A stretch of DNA of 64,000 bases from Acutalibacteraceae bacterium (lineage in GTDB: Bacteria > Bacillota > Clostridia > Oscillospirales > Acutalibacteraceae): contig JAZQTC010000022.1 of assembly GCA_045630405.1 (NCBI GenBank), forward strand, positions 53,673-117,672. The letters run 5' to 3'. Below, piece after piece: positions 38,280 to 48,216 of the stretch; within the stretch, counting starts at the first letter, position 1, and the number at the start of each line of letters is the position of its first letter. The notes beneath the pieces were generated by a model. The model was not told the DNA's origin. It was given only the letters and a program-made list of their open reading frames with translations, and ran no database searches. Both the position numbers and the translations under genes were made by a program.

Positions 38280-38382
38280 AACCTTTTGATAAAATATTGT
38301 TTACACTTCCGTTGATTTTTTCAAAAATATATTTATAATTGTATATGGAATAATAAAATGATTATAATGGAGGAATGTTGCA

Positions 38383-39399
38383 ATGTCAATTCTCGTTACA
38401 GGCGGTGCCGGTTTCATCGGCTCACACACCTGCGTTGAGCTCCTTAACGCAGGATATGATACCATTATACTTGATAATCTCTGCAACAGCAAGAGCGAAA
38501 GTGTAAAACGTATAAAAGAAATTACGGGCAAGGATGTTAAATTCTACGAATGTGATATCCGTGACCGTGCAGGTCTTGATAAAATTTTTGCAGAAAACAA
38601 GGTTGATGCAGTTATTCACTTTGCAGGACTCAAAGCGGTTGGCGAAAGCTGCGAAAAGCCCCTTGAATATTATGACAACAACATCGGCGGTACAGTTATT
38701 CTCTGTCAGGCTATGGCTGCTGCAGGCTGCAAGAAAATTGTTTTCAGCTCATCTGCAACAGTTTACGGCAGCGAAAACCCCTCTCCTCTCAAAGAGGATA
38801 TGCCTGAAGGCAAAACAACAAATCCCTACGGCACAACAAAGCTCTATATAGAAAGAGTCCTCAAGGACCTTTATGCCTCCGACAATGAGTGGAGCATTTC
38901 ACTTCTCCGCTATTTCAATCCCATCGGTGCACACAAAAGCGGCAAAATCGGCGAGGACCCCAACGGCATCCCCAACAACCTTGTCCCCTACATTGCTCAG
39001 GTTGCAATCGGCAGAAGAGAATTCCTCAATGTTTTCGGTGACGATTACGACACACACGACGGCACAGGCGTGCGCGACTACATCCACGTTGTTGACCTTG
39101 CTTTGGGTCATATCAAGGCGGTTGAAAAAGTGCTTGGTGAAACAGGCTGTAATACTTACAATCTGGGCACAGGCAACGGATACAGCGTTCTTGACGTTGT
39201 AAAGGCATTTGAAAAAGCCTGCGGCAAGCCCGTTAAATATGAAATTGCACCCCGTCGCCCCGGTGACATCGCAACCTGCTATTCCGACCCCTCAAAGGCA
39301 AAAGAAGAACTGGGTTGGGTTGCAACAAGAGGAATTGACGAAATGTGCGAGGATTCATGGCGCTGGCAGTCACAAAATCCCAACGGATACGATGCATAA
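38383..39399 (+). CDS. galE: UDP-glucose 4-epimerase
   Basis: TGGAGFIGSH, HFAGLKAVGES, SSSATVYG, YGTTK, LRYFNP. Confidence 0.97.
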   Translation: MSILVTGGAGFIGSHTCVELLNAGYDTIILDNLCNSKSESVKRIKEITGKDVKFYECDIRDRAGLDKIFAENKVDAVIHFAGLKAVGESCEKPLEYYDNNIGGTVILCQAMAAAGCKKIVFSSSATVYGSENPSPLKEDMPEGKTTNPYGTTKLYIERVLKDLYASDNEWSISLLRYFNPIGAHKSGKIGEDPNGIPNNLVPYIAQVAIGRREFLNVFGDDYDTHDGTGVRDYIHVVDLALGHIKAVEKVLGETGCNTYNLGTGNGYSVLDVVKAFEKACGKPVKYEIAPRRPGDIATCYSDPSKAKEELGWVATRGIDEMCEDSWRWQSQNPNGYDA

Positions 39400-39409
39400 G
39401 GAGAATATT

Positions 39410-39679
39410 ATGAGAGCTGTTATTACTGTTATCGGCAAGGACATGGTTGGTATCCTTGCAAAGGTTTCCACCGAATGTTCAAACCACAATATCAACGTTC
39501 TTGAAGTTACGCAGTCCATTCTTCAGGATCTTTTCGCAATGATTATGATGGTCGATTTTTCAAAATCAGACCTTCCATTCACCGAATTTTCCGATATGCT
39601 GGGCAAAATCGGTGATGAAATGGGACTTTCTATCCACGTTATGCACGAGGATATTTTCAACGCTATGCACACAATATGA
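39410..39679 (+). CDS. ACT-domain protein (UPF0237)
   Basis: MRAVITVIGKD.VGI...N..I..V.Q...IFNAMH; true start ATG 39410. Confidence 0.9.
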   Translation: MRAVITVIGKDMVGILAKVSTECSNHNINVLEVTQSILQDLFAMIMMVDFSKSDLPFTEFSDMLGKIGDEMGLSIHVMHEDIFNAMHTI

Positions 39680-39689
39680 GGTGACTTAA

Positions 39690-41048
39690 ATGCTTAATGC
39701 AAGAGATATTCTTGAAACCATAACAATGATACAGGACGAACATCTTGACGTCCGCACAATCACAATGGGTATTTCTCTGCTGGACTGCTGTCACAGCGAC
39801 GTTGACGTTATGTGTCAGAGAGTTTATGACAAAATCACACGCTATGCAAAAGACCTTGTCAAAACAGGCGAGCAGATTGAAAAAGAACTTGGTATTCCCA
39901 TTATTAACAAAAGAATTTCCGTTACTCCTGCGGCAATGATTCTCGCATCCTGCGAAAACAAGGATGCGGTGAAGCTTGCGCTGACCCTTGAAAAAGCGGC
40001 AGTTACCTGCGGAGTCAACTTCCTTGGCGGATTTTCCGCCCTTGTGCAGAAGGGCTTCGGCCCCGGCGACAAAGAGCTTATTGAGGCTATTCCCGAGGCT
40101 CTCAGCGTTACCGACCACATCTGCTCATCCGTCAACATCGGCTCAACAAAGGCAGGCATCAATATGGATGCGGTTGCACTTATGGGCAAGGTTGTCAGAA
40201 AGAGTGCAGAGCTGACCGCAGACAGAGATTGTATCGGCCCTGCAAAGCTTGTTGTATTCTGCAACGCTCCCGAGGATAACCCCTTTATGGCAGGTGCATT
40301 CCACGGTGCAGGCGAGCCTGATTGCGTTATCAACGTAGGTGTTTCAGGACCCGGTGTTGTAAGAGCAGCCCTTGCAAAGGCAGGCGACTGCGACCTTACC
40401 GCAGTTGCAGACCTCATCAAGAAAACCGCATTCAAAATCACCCGTATGGGTCAGCTTGTTGCAACCGAGGCTTCACGCAGACTTGGCGTGCCCTTCGGCA
40501 TTGTTGACCTTTCACTCGCTCCCACTCCTGCAATCGGTGACTCCGTTGCTCATATTCTTGAGGAAATGGGTCTTGAATGCTGCGGATGCCACGGCACAAC
40601 TGCCGCACTTGCACTTCTCAACGATGCAGTCAAAAAGGGCGGTGTAATGGCATCGTCACACGTAGGCGGACTTTCGGGCGCATTCATCCCCGTAACCGAG
40701 GACGCAGGTATGATTGATGCGGCACGTTGCGGTGCACTTACCCTCAACAAGCTTGAAGCAATGACAGCGGTTTGCTCCGTTGGTCTTGATATGATTAACA
40801 TTCCCGGTGACACACCTGCCGAAGTCATCTCTGCAATCATCGCAGACGAGGCGGCAATCGGTATGGTCAACTCAAAGACCACAGCGGTCAGAGTTATTCC
40901 TGCAATCGGCAAGCAGGTGGGCGAAGAGCTCAGCTTCGGCGGACTTCTGGGAAGCGGCCCCGTAATGCCTCTTTCAACTTATTCCCCTGCAAAATTCATC
41001 AGCAGAGGCGGCAGAATCCCTGCTCCTATGCAGAGCCTTAAAAACTGA
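39690..41048 (+). CDS. UPF0210/DUF711 family protein
   Basis: [44 protein letters not shown]; canonical partner of UPF0237. Confidence 0.92.
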   Translation: MLNARDILETITMIQDEHLDVRTITMGISLLDCCHSDVDVMCQRVYDKITRYAKDLVKTGEQIEKELGIPIINKRISVTPAAMILASCENKDAVKLALTLEKAAVTCGVNFLGGFSALVQKGFGPGDKELIEAIPEALSVTDHICSSVNIGSTKAGINMDAVALMGKVVRKSAELTADRDCIGPAKLVVFCNAPEDNPFMAGAFHGAGEPDCVINVGVSGPGVVRAALAKAGDCDLTAVADLIKKTAFKITRMGQLVATEASRRLGVPFGIVDLSLAPTPAIGDSVAHILEEMGLECCGCHGTTAALALLNDAVKKGGVMASSHVGGLSGAFIPVTEDAGMIDAARCGALTLNKLEAMTAVCSVGLDMINIPGDTPAEVISAIIADEAAIGMVNSKTTAVRVIPAIGKQVGEELSFGGLLGSGPVMPLSTYSPAKFISRGGRIPAPMQSLKN

Positions 41049-41055
41049 TAAAACG

Positions 41056-41086
41056 AATCCCCTTGGAGCAATCCGAGGGGATTTTT
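41056..41086 (+). terminator. Intrinsic terminator with GCAA loop
   Basis: AATCCCCTTGGA-GCAA-TCCGAGGGGATT-TTT. Confidence 0.75.
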
Positions 41087-41245
41087 GTGTAGGGGGTTGA
41101 GATAATGTATCATAGTGTGATAAAATAAAAAAGACTTCGTGAAAATTATAAAACATATTATAAAAAAATATAAGAAGATTGGATATGAATACCGCTTATC
41201 TTATGATATAACAATTTAACATCAAAAATGATTTGGAGTGATTTT

Positions 41246-42484
41246 ATGAAAATCAAGATACATACCTCTCTTGAAGAAAAAAGAGCGGAAAGTCTAAAAA
41301 TAAAACAGTATATGGAAATCGGCATTATTATTCTTTTTGCAACGGAAATATTTTGCGAATTTTTCGATATTCAGTATTTTGACTATATCACTATGTCAAT
41401 AAGTTTTATTGAGTGCGGTCTCTTTTTGTATGTTTATTTTCTTAATTTGTTTATGAGCCGTTATCTGGAGTTTTCTGTCGAAAAATACGATGCAATAATT
41501 GATTTTCACAATACATTTATGACAAGTATAATTATCCCTATGATATTTGTGTTTTCAAACAACAATACATCTTTTGAAAATACACGGATTTCAGATTTTG
41601 AATTACTAAAAAGAACAACTGTTGCATTAGTTTTAGTCGCTATGTTTTGCTATAAAACGATTCATTATGTTTTGAATAAGTTGTCATTCGATAGTCTTAC
41701 TGATGAACAAAAGAAGTTATATGATCGTCGTGCTAAGATTTCTGTTTGTTTAGCGTACTTTATCGATATAGGCGTTATGTGTTGTTTGTTCTTGTTTTTT
41801 TTCGGGATGCTCAATAAAGAAGAAATGTTAACCACTTATTCTGTGTTGTTTGCTTTTCTGATTGTGTGTAATGTCGTTTTTTTGAATCGCGTCAAAGAAA
41901 AAAAGAATATCTTCAAAATTTCATTTGTGGTATTTACAGTACTTTATATAGCCTTTGGAGTGTATGATATTTATTTAGATAAAAGTATCGAAGAATTCCA
42001 ATTTGAAGAGACCGATTATAGCTGCTTTACAGAGATGTCGGACGGTGGAAAAGTAGAGCAATACTGTAGATTTGCGGATGGCGAAAATAATAAAGAGATC
42101 TTAAAATATATTATAGTTTATACCACCTCTGAAGGAGATGTAAAAGCAGGCAGTTCGATCTATGAATTCACTGCCATAAGACCTTCAAAAGGCATTTTCA
42201 GATGGTATGATATTGATGATGTATACTATGCAAAAAAAGACATCGAGAAAGATGAATTTCCCGTTGTTATCTCGGTGTCTCGCGAAAAAACTGAAAGTGA
42301 TGATGAATTTCCGTTTGTAAAACATCTCGAAAACAATAGTTATGCCTATAAGGGTGTGATTGGTGATGAGCGTGAATGGCTGCTTGTCGGAAAAGACCGT
42401 ATTGAATTGCGTGGATATACCTTAAATAAAACAGATAGACTTCCTGATGATGTGGAAAAGATATTTGATGAAATGTCTTTTTAA
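41246..42484 (+). CDS. AT-rich hypothetical membrane protein (about 7 TM + soluble C-terminal domain)
   Basis: Long ORF with GGAG RBS; hydrophobic segments in the N-terminal ~240 aa; no family recognised. Confidence 0.65.
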   Translation: MKIKIHTSLEEKRAESLKIKQYMEIGIIILFATEIFCEFFDIQYFDYITMSISFIECGLFLYVYFLNLFMSRYLEFSVEKYDAIIDFHNTFMTSIIIPMIFVFSNNNTSFENTRISDFELLKRTTVALVLVAMFCYKTIHYVLNKLSFDSLTDEQKKLYDRRAKISVCLAYFIDIGVMCCLFLFFFGMLNKEEMLTTYSVLFAFLIVCNVVFLNRVKEKKNIFKISFVVFTVLYIAFGVYDIYLDKSIEEFQFEETDYSCFTEMSDGGKVEQYCRFADGENNKEILKYIIVYTTSEGDVKAGSSIYEFTAIRPSKGIFRWYDIDDVYYAKKDIEKDEFPVVISVSREKTESDDEFPFVKHLENNSYAYKGVIGDEREWLLVGKDRIELRGYTLNKTDRLPDDVEKIFDEMSF

Positions 42485-42711
42485 TAAGTTGTGACCTCAA
42501 ACGGAGTATAGTAGCTGTTTATTTGTATTTTGTATAATAATTTGATGTAAATTAATACTATAGCAGACAATAATGACTTCCTGCTTTTTCTTGTCGCCAC
42601 TCGGACGACGATTACTGAAATGAAACAATCAAATTTCATTTCAGAATAGCAAACAAGTAAAACTAATCACCTTGGAGCAATCCAAGAAGATTGGTTGTGC
42701 TACAAACAAAA

Positions 42712-42752
42712 CAAAAATCCCGTTGTACCGAAGTACAACGGGTAATTTTTTT
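42712..42752 (-). terminator. Terminator of the rpsF-ssb-rpsR operon
   Basis: CCCGTTGTAC-UUCG loop-GTACAACGGG, T tracts on both sides. Confidence 0.8.
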
Positions 42753-42756
42753 ATAA

Positions 42757-43002
42757 TCAGTCACTTGTGTAGGGGAGAAGAGCAATCTGACGTGCACGCT
42801 TGATAGCGGTTGTCAGCCCACGCTGATGCTTAGCGCAAGTACCTGTCACACGACGGGGAAGGATCTTTGCTCTGTCTGAAGTGAACTTGTTAAGCTTGTT
42901 TACATCCTTGTAATCGATGCATTCAACCTTTTCAACACAGAAAGCGCAAACCTTTCTGCGGCCCTTCTTGTTGGGTCTTCTTTCGCTTCTATCGTAAGCC
43001 AT
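42757..43002 (-). CDS. rpsR: 30S ribosomal protein S18
   Basis: [27 protein letters not shown] (Zn-binding type). Confidence 0.98.
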   Translation of the reverse strand: MAYDRSERRPNKKGRRKVCAFCVEKVECIDYKDVNKLNKFTSDRAKILPRRVTGTCAKHQRGLTTAIKRARQIALLPYTSD

Positions 43003-43041
43003 CTGGATTAAACCTCCTTTTCAGTTTCAGTTTGTGCGATC

Positions 43042-43485
43042 TCAGAACGGGAGATCGTCTTCGGGAATTTCTTTGAAATCGCCCTCATCTGCAGTTGAAT
43101 ATGAGGGTGCGGGCTGAGCTGCTGCATAGCTGTCCTCTCTTGCGAAAGAACCTGCGCCGCCTTCTGACTTTGAGCCGCAGAAGCTGACGTTGTCTGCTAC
43201 AATTTCAACAGCCTTTCTCTTGTTGCCGTTTTTATCCTCATACATTCTTGTCTGGATATAGCCCTGAACAGCAATCATTGAACCCTTGCGGAAATACTTG
43301 CAGACGAACTCTGCAGTCTGTCTCCATGCAATGATGTCAATGAAATCTGCCTGACGGTCTTCACCCTGACGGTTGAAGCGTCTGTCAACGGCTACCGTGA
43401 ACGATGATACGGAAATTCCGCTTCCTGTAGTGCGAAGCTCGGGGTCTGCAACAAGTCTGCCCATAATTACGGCATTGTTTAACAT
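43042..43485 (-). CDS. ssb: Single-stranded DNA-binding protein
   Basis: GRLVADPELR, ADFI...W, C-terminal DDLPF. Confidence 0.97.
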   Translation of the reverse strand: MLNNAVIMGRLVADPELRTTGSGISVSSFTVAVDRRFNRQGEDRQADFIDIIAWRQTAEFVCKYFRKGSMIAVQGYIQTRMYEDKNGNKRKAVEIVADNVSFCGSKSEGGAGSFAREDSYAAAQPAPSYSTADEGDFKEIPEDDLPF

Positions 43486-43497
43486 TTTGCGACCTCC

Positions 43498-43788
43498 TTA
43501 GTTCTTCTTGACAATGAGTGAACGAAGCACGCCGTCTGTAATCTTTACAACACGGTCGAGCTCAGCGGGGAATTCAGGAGCAGCCTGATAGTTGAAGAGA
43601 ACGTAGTAACCCTCTGCCTCGTCGTCGATAAGGTAAGCGAGCTTGCGCTTGCCCCATTCATCAACGCTCCCAAGAGTGCCGTTAGCTCCAATCATAGCCT
43701 TGAATTTCTCCAGGAGAGTCTGAACAGCTTCGTCGCCGTTGGCAACTGAAAAAACCATCATTGTCTCGTAGCTGATGTTTGCTGACAT
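43498..43788 (-). CDS. rpsF: 30S ribosomal protein S6
   Basis: YETM, EWGKRKLAYLI, GYY, VLRSLIV; ATG 43788 after AAGGAGGT. Confidence 0.97.
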   Translation of the reverse strand: MSANISYETMMVFSVANGDEAVQTLLEKFKAMIGANGTLGSVDEWGKRKLAYLIDDEAEGYYVLFNYQAAPEFPAELDRVVKITDGVLRSLIVKKN

Positions 43789-43796
43789 TCTTAAAG

Positions 43797-43841
43797 CACC
43801 TCCTTCTGGTCTTTGGCCACGGTGCATCCGTGGCAAGGATA
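43797..43841 (-). ncRNA. S6:S18 ribosomal protein leader (autoregulatory mRNA structure)
   Basis: Minus strand CCTTG-CCACGG/CCGTGG hairpin-CCAAAGACC-AGAAGGAGG: pyrimidine 5' arm can pair with the SD, as in the Firmicute rpsF leader. Confidence 0.65.
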
Positions 43842-43880
43842 AAATTTGTTTTAATCCTGCTGCTATCGCAGCGGTTTATT

Positions 43881-43909
43881 ATTTTAACAGAATAATATCA
43901 AGTTGTCAA
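43881..43909 (-). promoter_or_regulatory. Sigma-A promoter of rpsF operon
   Basis: TTGACA-17 bp-TAAAAT. Confidence 0.75.
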
Positions 43910-43934
43910 GCAAATTTAAAAAATTAGTTGGGTC

Positions 43935-43963
43935 TTGCAGAAATTAATATATAAGGATATAAT
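43935..43963 (+). promoter_or_regulatory. Sigma-A promoter of uvrC
   Basis: TTGCAG-17 bp-TATAAT. Confidence 0.6.
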
Positions 43964-43999
43964 AATATATACAAATCCACCAAAACGGAGGTGAGCACA

Positions 44000-45847
44000 A
44001 TGAATGAACGACTGCCCTATCTGCGAAAAAAGTCAATGAGCCTGCCACTTACACCCGGTGTTTATCTGATGAAAAACAAAAAGGGCGAAATCATCTACGT
44101 CGGCAAGGCAAAGGCTCTCAAAAACCGAGTCAGCTCCTATTTCGGCTCCCAGAACAACCTTTGGATAAAGGTGCGCCGTATGGTTGAAAACGTTGAAGAT
44201 TTTGACTATATTATGTGCGACAGCGAGTTTGAGGCTCTCATTCTTGAATGCTCGCTTATCAAACAGCATTCCCCGAAATACAACATATTGCTCAAGGATG
44301 ACAAGGGCTATCACTATATAAAAATCACAAAAAACGGTTGGAAGAATTTCACCGCCGTCAAACAAAGGCTTGATGACGGTGCGGAATACATCGGTCCTTA
44401 CACCAATTCATTCGGAATAACCAACGCCATTGACACGGCAAAAAAAATATTTATGCTGCCCCAATGCAACAAGGTTTTTCCCAGAGATTACAAAAAAAGC
44501 AGACCCTGCCTCAATCATTCCATCGGTCAGTGTGCCGCACCCTGCGCAGGCAAAATGAGCGCAGAGGCTTATGCCGAGGCGGTTGACAGAGCAATCGATT
44601 TCATCATCAACGGCTCGGGCAAAGCCATTGACGACCTGACGGCAAAAATGCTTGAAGCCTCCGAAAATCTTGAGTTTGAGAAAGCGGCAAAGCTCAGGGA
44701 TAAAATCAACGCTATCAAAAAAATAACGGAAAAGCAAAAAGTTGTTGCCGCTTCCGTTGAGGAGCAGGACGTTTTTGCAATCGTTTGCTCGGACAGCAAG
44801 GCTTGTCTTTCCGTGCTTCGCTTCAAGGATGCCCGTCTTTATGACAGCGAGCATTTCATCATTGACCTTCCCGACGATATGCCCGAAGCCCGTCACGAGC
44901 TTATCCGCAGCTACTATTCTATGAGGGATTTTGTACCCAGAAGAATTGCGATTGACGGAGAAGTTGAAGGAGATGAGCTTCTCTGCGAATGGCTGTCATC
45001 TCTTGCTAGGCGCAAGGTCAGCATCGTCACTCCCCAAAGGGGCGAGCAACATTCACTTGTTGAAATGTGTCGCTCAAACGCAGCGCAAAAGTTGGCAATC
45101 TATCTCGGAAAAACAGGCAAATCCACCGCCGCGCTCGATGAATTGGGTACACTTCTCGGTCTTAAGTCCCCTCCCAAATTCATTGAATCATACGATATTT
45201 CCCACACCGCAGGCACAGAAAATGTTGCGGGTATGGTTGTTTTCAAAGACGGCTTGCCCTATAAAAAGGCATACCGCCGATTTAAAATCAAGGGCTTTAC
45301 GGGTCAGGATGACTACGCTTCAATGGCAGAGGTAATCGAGCGCAGAATCCTGCGTTATTTCGAAGAAAAAGACAGCGGCGAAGGCTTTGGCAGGCTGCCC
45401 GACCTTATTCTTCTTGACGGCGGAAGCGGTCAGGTTAATGCGGTCAGACCCATACTGGAAAAATACAGCCTTGACATTCCCCTTTTCGGTATGGTCAAGG
45501 ATTCCCACCACAAAACCCGTGCCATTGCCCTTTCAGGCGATGAGCTTTCCCTGACCTCAAAACGTGCGGCATTTACTCTTGTTTCAACCATTCAGGAGGA
45601 AGTACACAGATATTCCGTTGAATATCACCGCAGCCGCAGAAAGAAAGCCGCCCTCTCATCAACCCTGACCTCAATCGAGGGCATCGGCGAAAGCAGATGC
45701 AAGGCGTTGCTCCGACATTTCAAAACGGTAAAAGCGGTTTCCGAGGCAAGCATCGACGAGCTTTCCGCAGTCAAAGGAATGAACAAAAATGCCGCCAAAG
45801 CGGTTTTTGAAGCATTTCACGGTCAAAATAACGTTGATGAGGATTAA
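44000..45847 (+). CDS. uvrC: Excinuclease ABC subunit C
   Basis: GIY-YIG (PGVYLM..IIYVGKAK.LKNRV), UVR coil, ESYDISH, LILLDGG, HhH GIG. Confidence 0.97.
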   Translation: MNERLPYLRKKSMSLPLTPGVYLMKNKKGEIIYVGKAKALKNRVSSYFGSQNNLWIKVRRMVENVEDFDYIMCDSEFEALILECSLIKQHSPKYNILLKDDKGYHYIKITKNGWKNFTAVKQRLDDGAEYIGPYTNSFGITNAIDTAKKIFMLPQCNKVFPRDYKKSRPCLNHSIGQCAAPCAGKMSAEAYAEAVDRAIDFIINGSGKAIDDLTAKMLEASENLEFEKAAKLRDKINAIKKITEKQKVVAASVEEQDVFAIVCSDSKACLSVLRFKDARLYDSEHFIIDLPDDMPEARHELIRSYYSMRDFVPRRIAIDGEVEGDELLCEWLSSLARRKVSIVTPQRGEQHSLVEMCRSNAAQKLAIYLGKTGKSTAALDELGTLLGLKSPPKFIESYDISHTAGTENVAGMVVFKDGLPYKKAYRRFKIKGFTGQDDYASMAEVIERRILRYFEEKDSGEGFGRLPDLILLDGGSGQVNAVRPILEKYSLDIPLFGMVKDSHHKTRAIALSGDELSLTSKRAAFTLVSTIQEEVHRYSVEYHRSRRKKAALSSTLTSIEGIGESRCKALLRHFKTVKAVSEASIDELSAVKGMNKNAAKAVFEAFHGQNNVDED

Positions 45848-45943
45848 TTTTGCAACTTTTTTCCCTTTTGTTTACTTTTAATCTTGACATTAAACTATAA
45901 TTAATGCGATAATAGATTGATAATACTCTGCGGAGGAATTATA

Positions 45944-46483
45944 ATGAGAGTAATAACAGGAACAGCGAGAGGTATGACTCTCAGAACACTTGAGGGCAAC
46001 GACGTGCGCCCCACAACAGACAAAGTCAAAGAAGCCGTTTTCAGCGCATTTCAGTTTGAAATCGAAGGCAGACGCATTCTTGATTTGTTTGCAGGCTCGG
46101 GTCAGCTTGGAATAGAAGCTCTCAGCAGAGGCGCAAAAAGTGCGGTTTTTGTTGATGCGGATAAAAACGCTGTCAGAATCGTAAAAGAAAATCTGGCAAA
46201 AACAAAGCTTGACAACCTCGCAACCGTTGTGCAGACAGATTCAATCGCTTTTCTTTCAATGACAGACAGAGTTTTTGACATCGCATTTCTTGACCCCCCT
46301 TACGAAAGAGGTCTTCTCCAGAAAGCGCTGGCAAAAATGGACAGTCTCATTTCCGACGGCGGCGCAGTTATCTGCGAGCATCCGTTCAAAGAAGAGCTTG
46401 AAGACAGCTACGGCTCATTGATAAAGACAAAAGAATACAAATACAGCAAAACGGCTGTAACCGTTTATCGGAAGGAAGGATAA
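45944..46483 (+). CDS. rsmD: 16S rRNA m2G966 methyltransferase
   Basis: MRVITG.ARG, RPTTDKVKE, LDLFAGSG.LG.EALSRG, FLDPPY. Confidence 0.95.
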   Translation: MRVITGTARGMTLRTLEGNDVRPTTDKVKEAVFSAFQFEIEGRRILDLFAGSGQLGIEALSRGAKSAVFVDADKNAVRIVKENLAKTKLDNLATVVQTDSIAFLSMTDRVFDIAFLDPPYERGLLQKALAKMDSLISDGGAVICEHPFKEELEDSYGSLIKTKEYKYSKTAVTVYRKEG

Positions 46484-46485
46484 TT

Positions 46486-46986
46486 GTGAAAACCGCAATC
46501 TGCCCGGGCAGTTTTGACCCCGTAACAATCGGTCATATCGATATTATCCGCCGTGCCGCAAAGCTTTTTGACAAGGTTATCGTGGTTGTTATGATTAACT
46601 ATCACAAACCTGCAGGCTATTTCACCGTTGACGAGCGCGTTGAATTGCTCAGACGCAGTCTTACCGACGTTGACAACGTTGAAATCGAAACAAACAGCGG
46701 TCTGCTTGCCGAATACGCAAAGCAGAAAGGTGCCTGCGCCGTTGTCAAGGGTTTGCGCGCCGTGTCTGACTTTGAATATGAATTCCAGCAGGCATTGACA
46801 AACAAAAAACTTAATCCCGAACTGGAAACCGTATTCCTGACCGCAAACGCAGAAAATATGTATCTTTCATCCAGCGTTGTAAAGCAGGTTTGCGAATTCG
46901 GCGGAGATATAAGCGAATTTGTACCCTCACAGGTATGCGACGATATAATCAGAAGAATAAAAGAAAGGAACAGAATCACAAAATGA
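46486..46986 (+). CDS. coaD: Phosphopantetheine adenylyltransferase
   Basis: PGSFDPVT.GH, KGLRAVSDFEYE, SSS.VK. Confidence 0.97.
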   Translation: MKTAICPGSFDPVTIGHIDIIRRAAKLFDKVIVVVMINYHKPAGYFTVDERVELLRRSLTDVDNVEIETNSGLLAEYAKQKGACAVVKGLRAVSDFEYEFQQALTNKKLNPELETVFLTANAENMYLSSSVVKQVCEFGGDISEFVPSQVCDDIIRRIKERNRITK

Positions 46987-47759
46987 ACATTGAAAGCTTA
47001 CTTGATCAGATCGAAGATATTCTTGACGCAGGTTCAAAAGTTCCCCTGTCAAGCAAAACAGGAGTAGATGCAGCTGCTATCAGAACAGCTATTGAAGATA
47101 TCAGACTCAATCTCCCCAACGAAATCACCCAGGCAAGAGCAATCGTTGCCGACAGAAACAATATTCTTATCAAGGCAAAGGATGAGGCTGTCAACTGCGT
47201 TACAGGTGCTCAGGAAAAATCAAGAGCCCTCATTTCATCTGCCGAAGATAAGGTAAGAGCACTCGTTCTCAAAACTGAAGATTATTCAAAGAATAAGGTT
47301 GCCGAGGCTGAAGCTCAGGCAAATCAGATTGTGAACACCGCAAACGAAGATGCAAAAATCATCAGAGCAAACGCTCAGCTTGAAGCTGCCGCTATGGTTG
47401 ACGCCAGCGAGGTTGCTGTTCAGGCAAAAGCTGCTGCGGAATCAATTCTGAAAGCAGCTCAGGATGAGGCAGCTTCAACAGTTGCAGGTGCAAGAGCACA
47501 GGCTGACAACATCGTTGCAGCCGCAACAGAGCAGGCAGAAAGACAGATTGCGCAGGCAAGAGCAAGCTCGGATGAAACAATCGACAAGGCTAACAAATGG
47601 TCGGCAGAAATCAGAATTTCCGCAAGTGATTTCATTGAGGATATTATGAAAACCGCAAACGACGCTGTTGCAGCAAGCCTTATGCAGATTCAGTCTGCAC
47701 GTGAAAGCATCAGAACCGTTACAGGCAAAATCGAAAATCCCAACGCAACAGAAGAATAA
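46983..47759 (+). CDS. DivIVA/Wag31-like Ala-rich coiled-coil protein
   Basis: Conserved position after coaD; N-terminus LLD.IED...KVPL; 11-residue repeats. Confidence 0.6.
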   Translation: MNIESLLDQIEDILDAGSKVPLSSKTGVDAAAIRTAIEDIRLNLPNEITQARAIVADRNNILIKAKDEAVNCVTGAQEKSRALISSAEDKVRALVLKTEDYSKNKVAEAEAQANQIVNTANEDAKIIRANAQLEAAAMVDASEVAVQAKAAAESILKAAQDEAASTVAGARAQADNIVAAATEQAERQIAQARASSDETIDKANKWSAEIRISASDFIEDIMKTANDAVAASLMQIQSARESIRTVTGKIENPNATEE

Positions 47760-47763
47760 AAAC

Positions 47764-47788
47764 AACCCCCTGTTCCGAACAGGGGGTT
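47764..47788. terminator. Bidirectional terminator
   Basis: AACCCCCTGTT-ccg-AACAGGGGGTT between convergent genes. Confidence 0.7.
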
Positions 47789-47805
47789 AACTGTTGTCTG
47801 TTATT

Positions 47806-48216
47806 TTATTCCGAATCTTCAAGCAACTTTACGTCCTCAATCCAGACGTTTCTTGCATTTTCAACAATCTCTGCCTTGCGGACGGAATCACGGTAAAAAT
47901 TGATGAGCTGCTTTTCTTCGGGAGTAATCGAAACAAGCTCCCTTTTTTCGGGTGTGCTTGCAACGGCATACTTTGAGCCGTCGGTGCTTTCGGTGAAGAA
48001 TTCTTCCAGAAAACTGTCAACCGAAACGTCATAGAAGGCGGCAAGCTTCATAATAACGTCAAGTTCGGGTTTTCTTACGGTTTCATATTTTGTGTAGGTT
48101 GTGCGGTCTATTCCGAGATAATCCGCAACCTTTTTCTGGGTGTAACCGTGCTCAACTCTGTATTTGCGAAGCACGTCACCAAGAGCCTGCTCCGTTACGC
48201 CTAAGTAAACCCTCAT
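47806..48216 (-). CDS. XRE-family helix-turn-helix transcriptional regulator
   Basis: LRKYR...GYTQKKVADYLGIDRTTYTKYE; ATG 48216 after AAGGAGG. Confidence 0.9.
   Translation of the reverse strand: MRVYLGVTEQALGDVLRKYRVEHGYTQKKVADYLGIDRTTYTKYETVRKPELDVIMKLAAFYDVSVDSFLEEFFTESTDGSKYAVASTPEKRELVSITPEEKQLINFYRDSVRKAEIVENARNVWIEDVKLLEDSE

Noticed and set aside
39690-41048. Pyruvate formate-lyase
   Set aside because: Too short, with no C-terminal glycyl-radical motif and no activase; it is UPF0210.
46983-47759. V-type/F-type ATPase subunit
   Set aside because: Similarity would only reflect generic Ala-rich coiled coil; no ATPase operon context.
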